Assembly: GCF_006345805.1 (NCBI RefSeq)
Contig: NC_043006.1
Location: forward strand, 78,430,001 to 78,494,000
Reading direction: 5' to 3'
Length of the DNA stretch: 64,000 bases
Source of the DNA: Octopus sinensis
Taxonomy: Eukaryota
The position numbers were made by a program, and so were the translations under genes. Shown in pieces: positions 26,998 through 40,002 of this stretch; the first letter of the stretch is position 1, and the number at the start of each line of letters is the position of its first letter. Below the pieces are notes generated by a model, which ran no database searches, had not been told where the DNA came from, and saw only the letters and a list, made by a program, of their open reading frames with translations.

Positions 26998-27203
26998 GAC
27001 AAAATAGGGTGAAAAAACTACGAAAGTCTTGTGTTATATGCTTAAAAAAAGGTTATAAAATTTGTTAGAAAAAAGGTTATAAAATTTTGCGTAACAATGT
27101 TACTATACGCAAAATTTTATAACCTTTTTTCTAACATAACGATTTAAATACGTTCTTTAACCATATAACACAAGTCTTCTGTAGTTTTTTTACTCTATTT
27201 TAT
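26998..27203. mobile_element. MITE-like palindrome with a perfect 30-bp inner stem
   Basis: 27064-27093 pairs perfectly with 27106-27135; the outer arms are imperfect. Confidence 0.7.
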
Positions 27204-27256
27204 CTTTTATACATCCAACCACGTGCTTTCACATACCAACTCTCTCATCTCTATAT

Positions 27257-27299
<43 letters not shown>

Positions 27300-27308
27300 C
27301 ATACATTC

Positions 27309-27340
<32 letters not shown>

Positions 27341-27449
27341 TTATGTACGTGTATGTGTGTATACACAAATACACACACATATATATACACATACACACAG
27401 TATATATATGAAAATAGATAGATAGAGAGACAGAAAGGTAGACAGATAG

Positions 27450-27541
<92 letters not shown>

Positions 27542-27965
27542 AATATGATGCAGGCCATATTTTAGCTTTAGACGTCAACGCAACTAGAGACATTTACGTA
27601 TCTTGATTTCAAAAATGAACTAATAGTTGATAATAAAACCCTAAAAAAAAAATCACTTAAACAAAGCAAAAAAAAAAAAAAGAAAATGAGAAAGTAAGTG
27701 CTACCCACTTTGAAATAAATCTCCCAAGCGATATCTGTAAGTCGCAGACAAGAGATATGAGTTGAGCTAGTTTACGTGTCATTGAAACCAACTGTATTCT
27801 TATTACTTAAGTGGATGCCCAAAAGCAAAAAGAAAAACAACAAGCAAAATAATCTTCCTCTTGCTGCTTGTCACGAATTCCCCTTAGTACGAGATATAAA
27901 AAAAGTTCACTTTGTTTTCCTTTGAACCACTCAACAACAGCCGTTAAACTGACCATATATACATT

Positions 27966-28013
<48 letters not shown>

Positions 28014-28813
28014 TATATATAGTATATATATATTATAAAAAACATTTGCCATAGCCGTACAAGGACCTTACAGTCGTCTAAATTAAGTATAAAAGTATCC
28101 CTTCATCGCAAATTATACTACCCTATCCGATAACACTAATGATACCAGCAGCTTTATGGTACAAGCAATTCTTGAGGAGCGATTCGGTTACAGCCACTAA
28201 TCGATGTGCTCCTGTGTACACTTGTACGATAATTTCTGCAAGCGGAGAGGAGGGACAGCACACGTGTGTGTGTGTGCGTGTGCATGTGTGTGTATGTTTG
28301 TGTGTGTCTGTGTGTGTGTGTCTGTGTCTGTGTGCACGTGCGTGCGTAGTTCTCAGTTCGTGTGCATGTGCGTATTAAGTAATATAAAATGAATTGTAAT
28401 ATAAACACACAATTATAAAGACGTTAATATTTTGAACAGTCATATAACGTAGTTGATAGAGTCGAATGCGTGGATTTAATCAACTACTACTTTATTTGAA
28501 GGACCTTCACAAAAAACCTGAAAGTCAAAGTTGACCTCGGCAATATTTAAACACAGGACGTAAAGAATCAGAACAAATACTGCATGGCATTTTGTTCGAC
28601 GCGCTAACGGTTTTGCAAGTGTTATGGCTTGTTTTGCGCCAAGCCGATCCACGTGGTGCAAGATATATATATGGGCGAAAACATTCGCGTATTTACACTC
28701 GAAGTTGAATGTTACTATTGTTAATATCATCAGCAGTGAATGTTTTTAATTGATAATATTAACAGCAGTAACATAGATAGTTCAACAGGTCTAATAGCAT
28801 CATCAGCTCTCTC

Positions 28814-28852
<39 letters not shown>

Positions 28853-29394
28853 AATATATATATTATATATATATATATATTATATATATATATATATATC
28901 TATATATATAATATTACAAAATGGACAAGAACGCAAAACATCTGGACAGCTAGGTGATACAAAAATGGGACAACAAAACATCCAGATAGACGATACAAAG
29001 AAAACAAGGACGGGTCATTCGAAGTTTTCTTTCCTCAGCAGAGTACCAGACTATCTTCGCATTTCGGTGATTATACATGCATACATATATCCATATACAC
29101 AATATGTATGTGTATATAGATATATATATATATATATATATATCTATATATATATATGTGTGTGTGTGTGTGTGGTGTGTGTGTGTGTGTGCCTATATAC
29201 ATATATATATATATGCTGGTCCACCTTTGCCGCAGTCAAATGGCTGAAACAAATAAAAGAATGAAATAATTTAAATATATATATACACACGAACACCCCT
29301 ACACAAACCACACAAACACAAACACACACACACACCACACCACACACACACACACCCCACACAATATATATATATATATTATATATATATATAT

Positions 29395-30580
29395 CATAGA
29401 CGATCTATCACATGCTGATTGGTCTTTCACAGCTGTCGAGTTCCTTGAGGACATTACTCAGATCACTGAAAGTGGCTCATGGGTGGATGTTGTCTACCTT
29501 GACTTTGCTAAGGCTTTCAACTCTGTGCCACACAAAAGGCTTATGGTGAAACTCTCTGCATGGGTGTGGGGGATGACCTTTTTACTGGTGAAATCCTTCA
29601 TCCTCAGCCGAAAGAAGGTAGTCACAGTTCTAGGACACACTCTACACCATATGAGATGTCATCGGTGTACCACAGGGATCTGTCCTTGGTCCCCTCTTCT
29701 TTGTGGCATACATTAATGACATAGATGCCAATTTAAAGAATGCCACAGTATTGAAATATGCAGACGACATCAAGCTGTACCTTGAAATCAAGAGGACAGA
29801 TCCTGATGTCTACAACTCTTTCCTGCAATCAGACCTAGACACAATGCAGCAATGGATCACAGACTGGCAACAACTGGAAACTCTCTATGGCCAGGTGTAC
29901 CACCATGCATTTTGGGAGGAAAAAACCCTGCGTCCACATACTCCCTCCACAACACTGATATATAGAAATCCTCTTGCGAGCGTGACCTAGGCATCACTGT
30001 CAGCAGTGATTTGCGTTGGACAAAGCATATCTCTAACATGTCAAGAAGGCCGAGGGTGTCTTGGCATCACTCAGCAAGACTTTTGTTAGCCGCTCTCCAG
30101 CCATCTATTTAAAACTGTATACAGCTATGGTACGACCACACTTGGAATTCGCATCATCAGTTTGGAACCCCTATCTTGCTCAGAACATGACCTCCTGGAA
30201 TCTGTCCAGAGACGTGCAACCAAACGCATACCCTCCATCAGACACCTACCATATTCTGAGCGCTTTGTTTCCTGGGCATGGATTCACTGAAGCTCCGGCG
30301 TCTGGCGACGGACTTGGTAAACACCCACAAAGTTATCAACCACCTCACCAACAACAACACTGAACACCTTTTTAATCTCCATGTGTCTAACACACGTGGA
30401 CATGCCTACAAAGTCAGAAAACAACACAGCTCCCATGACTTTCGGAAACATTTTTTCACGCTCAAAGTTGCTGAGCATGGAAAAACTGCCTGCGTCAGTT
30501 GTTGACTTGCCATGACACTGCATCCTTTAAGGCCTCATGCTTCCGAAATCCGCCGAAACTACACCTGATATATATACACT
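29395..30580 (+). mobile_element. Decayed CR1/Jockey-group LINE, second family
   Basis: DVVYLDFAKAFNSVPH; LKYADDIKLY; VRPHLEFASSVWNPY; TRGHAYK...RKHFFT. Confidence 0.8.
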
Positions 30581-30616
30581 TTAGATGAGTTGTAGTGCAC
30601 CTGAGCACTGTACACA

Positions 30617-30667
<51 letters not shown>

Positions 30668-30714
30668 TATTTTATTATTATTATTATTATTATATTATTT
30701 ATTATATACACACA

Positions 30715-32700
30715 CCTCCTCAAGCATCAAAATATCTTGGCAGATCTTTGTGGATACTGTCACAAACATATGTGCTAAACATACACCATCAAGAACTGTG
30801 AAGAAAACTAAGTGCAGAATTCCCCAAAACAGAAAAAAACGATTATCAGAAAAATAAAAGAACAAACAAAAAAATTTACAAACTGATATACTACCAACAG
30901 TTACACATAAATTCGACGGCTATCAGCCTGCTCGAATCAAAAAAATATAACCACCAACAATTCACGAAGACCCTCATCAATAACCATAAAATACCTGAGG
31001 AGAAATGGGCTGTTGAGAAAATCAAACTGAACTCCAAAGTGTTCTCTTTTGCGAAAAAACACAAGGTCTCTGTCTCCACTGCTGGCAATCTCCAAGATAA
31101 TGCCAAAACCATGAGTGAGATACTGCAGAAACAGTACTACTCTGGTTGTTAGCAATCCTGATATGATCGATCTAGACTGTATCAGCGATGTTAATCTTCA
31201 ACAAACTATATCGAACATATTGCTTAGCGCCCCTGATGTCTTAGCGGCAATAAACTAAATTAAAAGCAATTCAGCAGTAGGCCCTGATAGGTTCCTTTAT
31301 TGTGTCCAGAAAGTGTGTCGACACCAACTTGCATCTCCTCTTGCTAATCTGTGGAGGAACTCATTGGACGCTGGTTATATTCCTCAAAATTTTCTGTCCA
31401 AGCCTGTTGTCCCAGTTTTAAAAGGGGAAACAAGTCCCTTGCACTGAACTACCGGCCGATCTCGTTCACCTTTCCTATCATAAAAGTATTTGAGAAGGTG
31501 GTGAGATCACGGATAACCTAATTCCTTGAAAGCAACAGACTGCTGAACCCCAACCAACATGGATTCCGTAATGGAAGGAACTGCCTAACGCAGGTCCTCC
31601 ATCAACTTGATGACATTTTGAGAGCTTTGGGAGATGGCTAGAATACGAATGTCATCTACCTTGATTTCAGCAAGGCTTTTAACAGGGTGCATCATAAGAT
31701 CTTCTTGAAAAAACAATCCAATACTGGTGTCTCTGGAAAATTACTACAATGGATCAAGGGTTGTAGTCGAAGGAGTAAAATCTAGCCCAGCCAAAGTCAC
31801 TAGTGGTATTCCAAGGCATTGTGTAGGGCTCACTTCTATTTATTATCCATATCAATGACATTACTCACACCATCATGCACAGTAACATAAGAATCTTTGC
31901 AGATGCTTCCAAGATCCAAAAGGTCATCAATGAAGTGGGTGACCCAGGCATGCCTTTAGTCAGATCTACTGGCCATTATCTAATGGGCGGAAAAGAATAA
32001 TATACTGCTGAACAAGGACAAATTTGAATTAATCCACTTCGGAAAAGAGGATACCCTGAAACTCCCGCACTCCTTTACTTCAGGTGAAACTCTCATCGTA
32101 TCCAACATCAGACACTCGGAAGTACCACATAATCTGGGCCTCTCATATAAATAGCAAAGTTGACATGACCTGCAGAATTTACACCTTGATTCTCAGAACT
32201 TTCCGGTCTAGAGATATCCAAACAATTATCCTTCTCTTCTCTACTTTTGCCCCACCCCATCTTGAATACTGTTGTCCACTGTGGTCTCCCCACACGAAGT
32301 ATCATGAAAATTGAAGCAACTAAAAGATCAATTACAGAAGAAATAGATGGCATCACAGGATTTGGCAATTGGGGGTCGACTAGAAAAGCTCAAGTTTTAT
32401 TCTCACCAACGCTGCTGTGAGCGCTACATCATCTGTGTGATGTGGAAAATATTCCATCAGCATTGCTCAAATGATGTTCGCATCACCTTTAAGATACAAA
32501 CAAGCTGTACTACCCGACCACAACATGAATCATACTCTATGGACAAATTTCTTCAAAAACAGCCATATAAACCTCCTACACCCGGAAACGTCTCCCAAAA
32601 CACCAACTCTCTACTTGAATGGGCAATGTTGTGCGATTCCTGATTTGAATGAATGCTAGGTGGTGCTATTAACTTAACATGGCCAGGGTTGAAACTCATC
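30715..32700 (+). mobile_element. Decayed CR1/Jockey-group LINE, third family
   Basis: SAVGPDRF; YRPISFT; NQHGFRNGRNCLT; IYLDFSKAF; RIFADASK; HLEYCCPLWSP, broken by frameshifts. Confidence 0.75.
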
Positions 32701-32717
32701 AAAACATCGACGTAAAG

Positions 32718-32750
<33 letters not shown>

Positions 32751-32964
32751 TATATATACATATATATGTATATATCAATATATGTATACATATATATATA
32801 TACATCTACAAAATATACATGCCTGTAAACGGATATATATATATATATTATATATATAAATATATATATATATATATACTTATATATATATGCATATGTA
32901 TTATACAATATAAATCTATAGATAGATCTATAAATCTATATATATAATATATATATGATATAGA

Positions 32965-33038
<74 letters not shown>

Positions 33039-33138
33039 TATGTATAAATCTCTCTATATAACTATATAGATACATATATATCTTTACATATACATCTATG
33101 ATTATACATGTATATAGATACATATCACCGTCACCACC

Positions 33139-33515
33139 GTGACCGACCAGGCTATCAGATGTTGCTACACATCGCTGGTCCCAATGCACTTCGCATTGTT
33201 TTAGCCTTCAAATGACGCCACCCCGCTCGCTAAGCGAGCAGGCCTACAGAAGAAAGAGTGAGAGATAGTTGCGGCGAAAGAGTACAGCAGGGATTGCAAG
33301 TGTTTATTGAGCGAAAACACCTAAAGCTCTACGAGGTTCTGGCAGGAGTGGTGGGGTGGCGATCCCTGCTGTACTCTTTCTCTGCAACTATCTCTCATCT
33401 TTCTTCTGTAGGCCTGCTCGCTTAGCCAGCAGGGTTGCGTCATTGAATGCTAAAACAATGCGAAGCGCATTGTGGACCAGCGATGTGTAGCAACATCTGA
33501 TAGCCGGTCGGTCAC
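33139..33515. repeat. About 155-bp-arm inverted repeat of a SINE-like 3' segment
   Basis: Arms at 33139-33294 and 33362-33515; a single homologous end lies at about 41410-41522. Confidence 0.85.
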
Positions 33516-33520
33516 GTGAT

Positions 33521-33564
<44 letters not shown>

Positions 33565-33789
33565 ATAGGCTATATATATCATACATATATATAGAACATA
33601 TATGCATATCATCTTTACATATACATCTATGATTATACATGTATATAGATAATATAAATATAATATATATGTACACATATATACAGGCATAATAAATAAA
33701 TATATATATAGATAAGTAAATATATATATGTATATATAATATATAGATATATATATACATATATATATATATAATATAATGTATATATA

Positions 33790-33830
<41 letters not shown>

Positions 33831-33907
33831 TATACATGAATATATGTATACACAGCTGTTTAATATATATATATATATATATATACATGAATATATGTAT
33901 ACACAGC

Positions 33908-34085
33908 TGTTTAACTGTCTGCCGAAGCATCTGAGTAGCCTCCATGGAGTGGATGTAGACGTTTTCAAACGTGAACTTGACCTCTGGCTCGCCAAGATCC
34001 CGGATGAGCCAATATCTAAGCAAGAAACTCAAAAGAGGGCAGTAGCAGCGAACTCCATCTATCACTAAAAGCCGCTCCGACAAAG
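33908..34085 (+). mobile_element. CR1-group LINE 3' fragment, diverged
   Basis: LFNCLPKHLSSLHGVDVDVFKRELDLWLAKIPDEP. Confidence 0.65.
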
Positions 34086-34268
34086 GTGGAAAGTGGAAAG
34101 ATGATTACAATGGCTGTGCTCCAGTATGGCCATAGTCATTGGACTTCAACATATAAAAGAATAGAACATATATATATAGAGAGAGATAATTTTGTTTCAC
34201 TTTTGACACGAAATAATGAAAAATATAAATATATAAAACTGAGAAACTGTGTGTTTGTGTTTGTGTGT

Positions 34269-34845
34269 CATTTTCTGCTCTCTGGACTTCTCCTGAAGTT
34301 GGCGTATGGAGAATATTATATCAATAGTTGATCTGCTTCTTCTAAAGCCACACTGCGATTCCGGATAGATTCGAGAAGCAAGTAGTTGTAGCCTGGCCAG
34401 GATAACGCGGGCAAAGGTCTTTCCAACATTGCTTAGAAGAGATATTCCACGGTAATTGTTACAATCACCACGGTCGTCTTTGTTTTTGTAAAGCGAAATG
34501 ATGTTAGCTCATGAAGTTGCCGAAGCAGGATGGTGTTTTTGCCGGCTTTGATGATCTCTGAGAGGATGCGGTCTTTTCCTGGAGCCTTGTTTCTTGCTAG
34601 GGAGTCAATAGCCTTGGTGAGCTCTGCTATAGATGGCGGACTGTCAAGTTCGCACATGACTGGCAAGATCTTGACACTCTCGACTGCAGTCTCAGCCACT
34701 GTAGTCTCCCGTGAGTAGAGATTCTGGTAGTGCTCCACCCATCTATCCATTTGCTTGCTTTGATCCCTGATGAGATCTCCAGTAGTTGATTTCAGAGGGG
34801 CTGATTTGGTTGCGGATGGACCGAGGGCCTTCTTCAAACCGGCAT
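34269..34845 (-). mobile_element. RTE-clade LINE, inverted 5' fragment
   Basis: RWVEHY...NKAPGKD...; GKTFARVILARL...YPESQCGFRRSRSTIDIIFSIRQLQEKSREQ. Confidence 0.8.
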
Positions 34846-35138
34846 AAATCCCTCATTTTGTAAATTATTGATAAATTTAACCTTTTAAAGTATTTTTTGA
34901 TATGCTGGCCATTGATAAAATTTTTTCCCGAAAAACATTTTATCCTACATTAGTTATAAATTGAATAGTGTTCACTTCCGGATTCTCTCACTCTGTGAAA
35001 GTTTCTAGTTCGAATCACACGTGTCTCGAGATGTGCCGAAGATTTTCTATTTTGGATATATTTGGGGTTCTTAGGTCTGCTCGAGACTTAGTGCTTGCTT
35101 TTTCCATGGGTATGAGTAAGTATTTCACTTATATCTAA

Positions 35139-35209
35139 CGTATTTATCGCTGAAGAGGGGAAAATTCTTATGAATTAACCCCGAAATTGGGACCAATACG
35201 GTAATAACG
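35139..35209 (+). ncRNA. Type I hammerhead ribozyme, family C
   Basis: CGTATTTATCG CTGAAGA GGGG aaAATTCttatGAATTaa CCCC GAA ATTGG GA CCAAT A CGGTAATAACG. Intact core, helix II GGGG/CCCC with an extension, 5-bp helix III, AUA cleavage after 35198, helix I with a 2x2 internal loop. Confidence 0.8.
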
Positions 35210-35438
35210 GATTTTTTAGAAATTTCTATCGGTTTGTTTCGAGACGCATAAATTATAATGGTTATTGACAATTTTTGTCTTTTTTTCGGCATATTTGGCT
35301 TTAGAACTTTTCTTTTGCCCTTATTTTGTAAATTATTGATAAATTTAACCTTTAATGGGATTTTTTTATATACTGGCCATTGATAAAATTTTATCCCGAA
35401 AAAACTTTTATCCTACATTAGTTATATATATATATGCA

Positions 35439-35525
<87 letters not shown>

Positions 35526-35774
35526 TACATACACATAATATATACATATATATGTATATATATATATATATACATATAATATATATATATATATATTATA
35601 TATACACATATACGACAGGCTTCTTTCAGTTTCGTCTACTCACAAGGCATTGGTCGGCCCGGGGTTATAACAGAAGACACTTGCCCAAGACGCCACGCAG
35701 TGGGACTGAACCCGGAACCATGTGGTTGTTTAGCAAGCTACTTACCACACAGCCACTCCTGCGCCTATATAATG

Positions 35775-35805
<31 letters not shown>

Positions 35806-35884
35806 ATATATATTTACATAATATTGAGGTCTCTTTCTTATTTTGTTTCTTACGTTTATATAATTATATATATATATATATGCG

Positions 35885-36223
35885 CAGGTCTTTCAGAAAT
35901 TTAGGAAGGATATTGAAGAGCTGTGGTCCTCTGAAACCCAAGTTGCTGCAGTATCTGGTCCTGTATTTTGATGGTCATGTTGAAAACTTTGGTACCATGC
36001 AGTGGCGCCCCGTTCTGCTGTTGGGGTAACATTGAATGCCAAAGTTTGGGACAAGACCCTCCAGGATATTCCAGATGTATATCACTGCATATCTCTCCCG
36101 CCTTCGCTCCAGGGAGAAGAGTTTTAATACTTTCAGTCTTTCCCAGTAGCCGATATGTTGCATTGAGACGATCTTCTTAGTGTAGCTTCGTTGAATTGCT
36201 TCGAGTTCTGCTGTTAACTTCAT
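35885..36223 (-). mobile_element. CR1-group LINE fragment
   Basis: KLTAELEAIQRSYTKK...LFSLERRRERYAVIYIW. Confidence 0.8.
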
Positions 36224-36552
36224 CTATACACACACACACACATAAACGAACATGCCTATATATGCATAATAAAAGTAATTGAAATTGAAACCATATTATC
36301 GGGAAAATATTATATCACATTACAATAGAGATATTGTTTCACATTTGAATTTAATACCGAAACAGTGTAAGAGAGAAGAAATTGCTTCGAGTTCGCATTA
36401 GGCAAGTCGTTGAGGATTTTTCTTTTGGCCCATGGCACTCTATGAACACTAAATAAAGTATATGTAAAATTCGAATGAAGTCGATTGGAGAGTTATCGAG
36501 TTTCAGTGATGCACCCATACAAACAGACAGACAGACACACACGCACACACAC

Positions 36553-37920
36553 ATTGATCTAACAAAGACCTTTGACTCGGTAAGCAGAACAGGCCTCTTC
36601 ATCCTGCTCCAAAAAATCGGATGTCCACCAAAGCTGCTGAGGATCATCAAGTCTTTCCATGATGATATGCAAGGCACCATACAGCGCAATGGTTCAACAT
36701 CAGCCGCCTTCAAATAAAAAACGGGGTAAGGTAAAGCAGGTTGTGTCCTCGCTCCTACATTATTTGGCATCTTCGTCTCGCTCTTACTCTCACATGCCTT
36801 TCAGACATCAGATGATGGAGTGTTTCTGCACAGTAGAAGACGGGAAACTGTTCAATCTCTCGCGCCTGCGTGCCAAGACAAAAATCAGAAACGTCCTGAT
36901 CAAGGAGTTGCTATTTGCTGATGATGTCGCTCTGGTATCACACACAGAAGAAGCCCTCCAAAGGCTCATTAACTGTTTTGAGCAAGCATGTTACGACTTT
37001 GGCTTAGCTATCAGCCTTAAGAAGACCAACATCATGGGTCAGGCTACATCGGACATCCCAAACATACATATTGGAGACCACAGATTACAAGAGGTGGAGA
37101 AGTTTACCTATCTTGGCTCTACCGTCACCTACAACCTATCCCTTGACGCTGAGCTCAATATACGCATTGGCAAGGCAGCTGCTGCGATGGCCCAACTCAC
37201 CAAACGGGCATGGGACAACAATAGGCTGACCAATACCACAAAAATGAAGAAATTACCAGGCATGTGTACCTAGCACTCTACTGTATGGAAGTGATACTTA
37301 GACGCCATACACACGCCAAGAGCGTCGCCTAAATATCTTTCACCTGCGCTGCCTCCGGGAAATCCTTCGCATCAAATGGCAGAATCATGTCCACAACAAA
37401 GATGTCCTCAAGCTAGCAGGAATACCAAGCATGTTTGCACTCCTCACACAAAGACGTATGAGATGGCTTGGGCATGTTAGCCGTATGAAAGATGGCAGAA
37501 TCCCCAAGGACATACTCTACGGAGAGCTTGCTAAGGGTACTAGGTCTGTGGGTAGCCCGTTCTTACGTTACAAGGATGTTTGCAAAAGGGACATGAAGGC
37601 CTGCAACATCAATATTAGCGGTTGGGAAGCAGTTGCCGGCAACCGTGGAGATTGGCGACGTACCGTAAAAGAGGGAATAAAAAGGAGTGACAGAGAGAGA
37701 GAGAGGAGAAATGGAAAAACAAGAGAAGACGTCAACAAGAAACTATGGCATTACAACCAGCTAGAAACAGTATTCGCTACATTTGCGGTACCTGCCAGAG
37801 GGAGTGTTTGTCCAGGATAGGACTACACAGCCACAGCAGGAAATGTATCAGGACATGAGATGTAAAAGCCGGACTAGACTATTTTATGCCGCAACTCCAT
37901 TGTCTCCCGAGACAAAAAGG
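36553..37920 (+). mobile_element. RTE-clade LINE, RT and 3' part
   Basis: IDLTKTFDSVSRTGL...GCPPKLL; LLFADDVAL; FTYLGS; QRRMRWLGHVSRMKDGRIPKDILYGEL. Confidence 0.88.
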
Positions 37921-38122
37921 ATGCCAACAATATATATATGTATATATATATATATTAGTTTCCCTATGTATTTATATATATGTTCGTATATATATATATA
38001 TATACCACCACCCTGACGTCAACGCACGTTGAGAGACAGTTTTGTGCTTTTTCATGGGCTCCTAAGGAGCGTTTTGTTCGAATACCTTGCTGCGCATTTG
38101 TTTTGGATTTTTAAATTCCTGG

Positions 38123-38208
38123 ATTTTCCTGAAGAGAATGCTGCAAAATGGTCTCCTTATTCAATCCGAATTTGGAAATTTGCAGCCTTTGAAACATGTG
38201 TAGAAAAT
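38123..38208 (+). ncRNA. Type I hammerhead ribozyme, family D, long helix II
   Basis: ATTTTC CTGAAGA GAAT GCTGCAAA (31 nt) TTTGCAGC CTTT GAA ACATGTGT A GAAAAT. Helix I ATTTTC/GAAAAT is perfect and helix II has an 8-bp core. The 3' half with perfect palindrome ACACGTGT recurs at 321-340 on the minus strand. Confidence 0.62.
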
Positions 38209-38451
38209 AATAAAAGGAATTCTGTAGCATCTTCGTTCAGCTCCATTTCTTCCCTTCACTAAATATAACAAACTTCAATTATCCGCGCTAAGGCACGGTT
38301 GCGACACCCCAAGGTCGTAACTTCAACCGTGTTTTTTCTGTTGTGATTTTTGCTACCCAGGTATCGGTTAAATTTTGAATAATCCTTAACAAGATAATTC
38401 ATTTATCCATTTCAATAAATATATTATAATATATTATATATATATATATAT

Positions 38452-38522
<71 letters not shown>

Positions 38523-39739
38523 AGAGAAGAGAGAGAAACGAAAGCACAAAAACAAAACATAGAAAACTAACTTGGGGTGAGGGGCAACGAAAGAAACAAA
38601 CAGAGATACGAGACATGCAGCATAAATAATATTTTCCTTCATCAGTTGTTCCTGTTTCATCTACTCCGCCTTATATAAATACATATATGACAGGTTTCTT
38701 TCAGTGTCTGTCTACCAGATCCACTCAAAAACATTTCGTCGGCCCCAGGCTATAGTTGAAGACATTTCTCGAAGGTGCCGCGCAATGGAACTAAACCCAG
38801 GTCCATGCGGTTGGTAAGCAAGCTACTTGCAACACAGCCACTACTGCTCCTATATATATATACACACACACACACAAACACATATATATATGGGTACATA
38901 TATAAGGATATATATATATATAATATATATATATATATATTATATAATATATATATATATATATATACCGGAGTAAACACATAAATGTGAAACAAGGTGG
39001 AAAAAAGAGTACTCAAATACCAGTGGTAGAGTAATATGCTTTATTTTAAGCAGCAGAAAATTCAACAAAATCTGTCAGATTTTGTTGAATTTTGTTGAAT
39101 TTTGTTGAATTTTCTGCTGCTTAAAATAAAGTACACACACACACATATTATAGCCTCGGGCCGACCAAACCCTTGTGAGTAGATTTAGTACACGGAAAGT
39201 GAAAGGAGACTGTCGCATATATGTGTATATTTGTGTGTGTATGTGTGTATGTGTATGTGCGTGGGTGTGTGCGTGCGTGTGCGTGTGTATGCGTATGTGT
39301 GTATGTCTGTTATGTTTGTACCCCCACCAATGCTTCACAACCGATGTTACTGTGTTTACGTTGCAATAACATAGCGTTTTGACAAAATACATTAATAGAA
39401 TAAGTACAAGGCTTATAAAGAATATATCCTGTGGTCAAGCTGTTCGATCAACGGCGGTGCACCAGCATTGCAACAGTCACATGACTGAAACAAGTAAAAC
39501 AAAAAAAACTATGACATTTCAATTCCGAGCAAGGACGGGTATCTATTCTAGTATATGTGTGTGTGTGTGTGTGTGTGTGAGTGCGTGCATGTGCATTCAT
39601 ATGTGTGTACATACATACATACATACATACATACATGGAATGGAATGGAAGCACTCACAACGCCCGGCCTGGGAATCGAAACCGCGATCCTATGACCGCG
39701 AGTCCGCTGCCCTAACCACTGGCCATTGCGCCTCCACAA

Positions 39740-39771
<32 letters not shown>

Positions 39772-39828
39772 CACATATACTCACATACATACATTTTTGA
39801 ATATCTATATTATGTTCATATATATATA

Positions 39829-39908
<80 letters not shown>

Positions 39909-39961
39909 GTATGCATGTATGTATATATATATATATTATATATATATATATATTATATATA

Positions 39962-40002
<41 letters not shown>

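Noticed and set aside
29005-29045. CTGAGGA...CGAATGACCCGTC on the minus strand as a hammerhead
   Set aside because: Lacks the A15.1-U16.1 pair and a valid NUH site.
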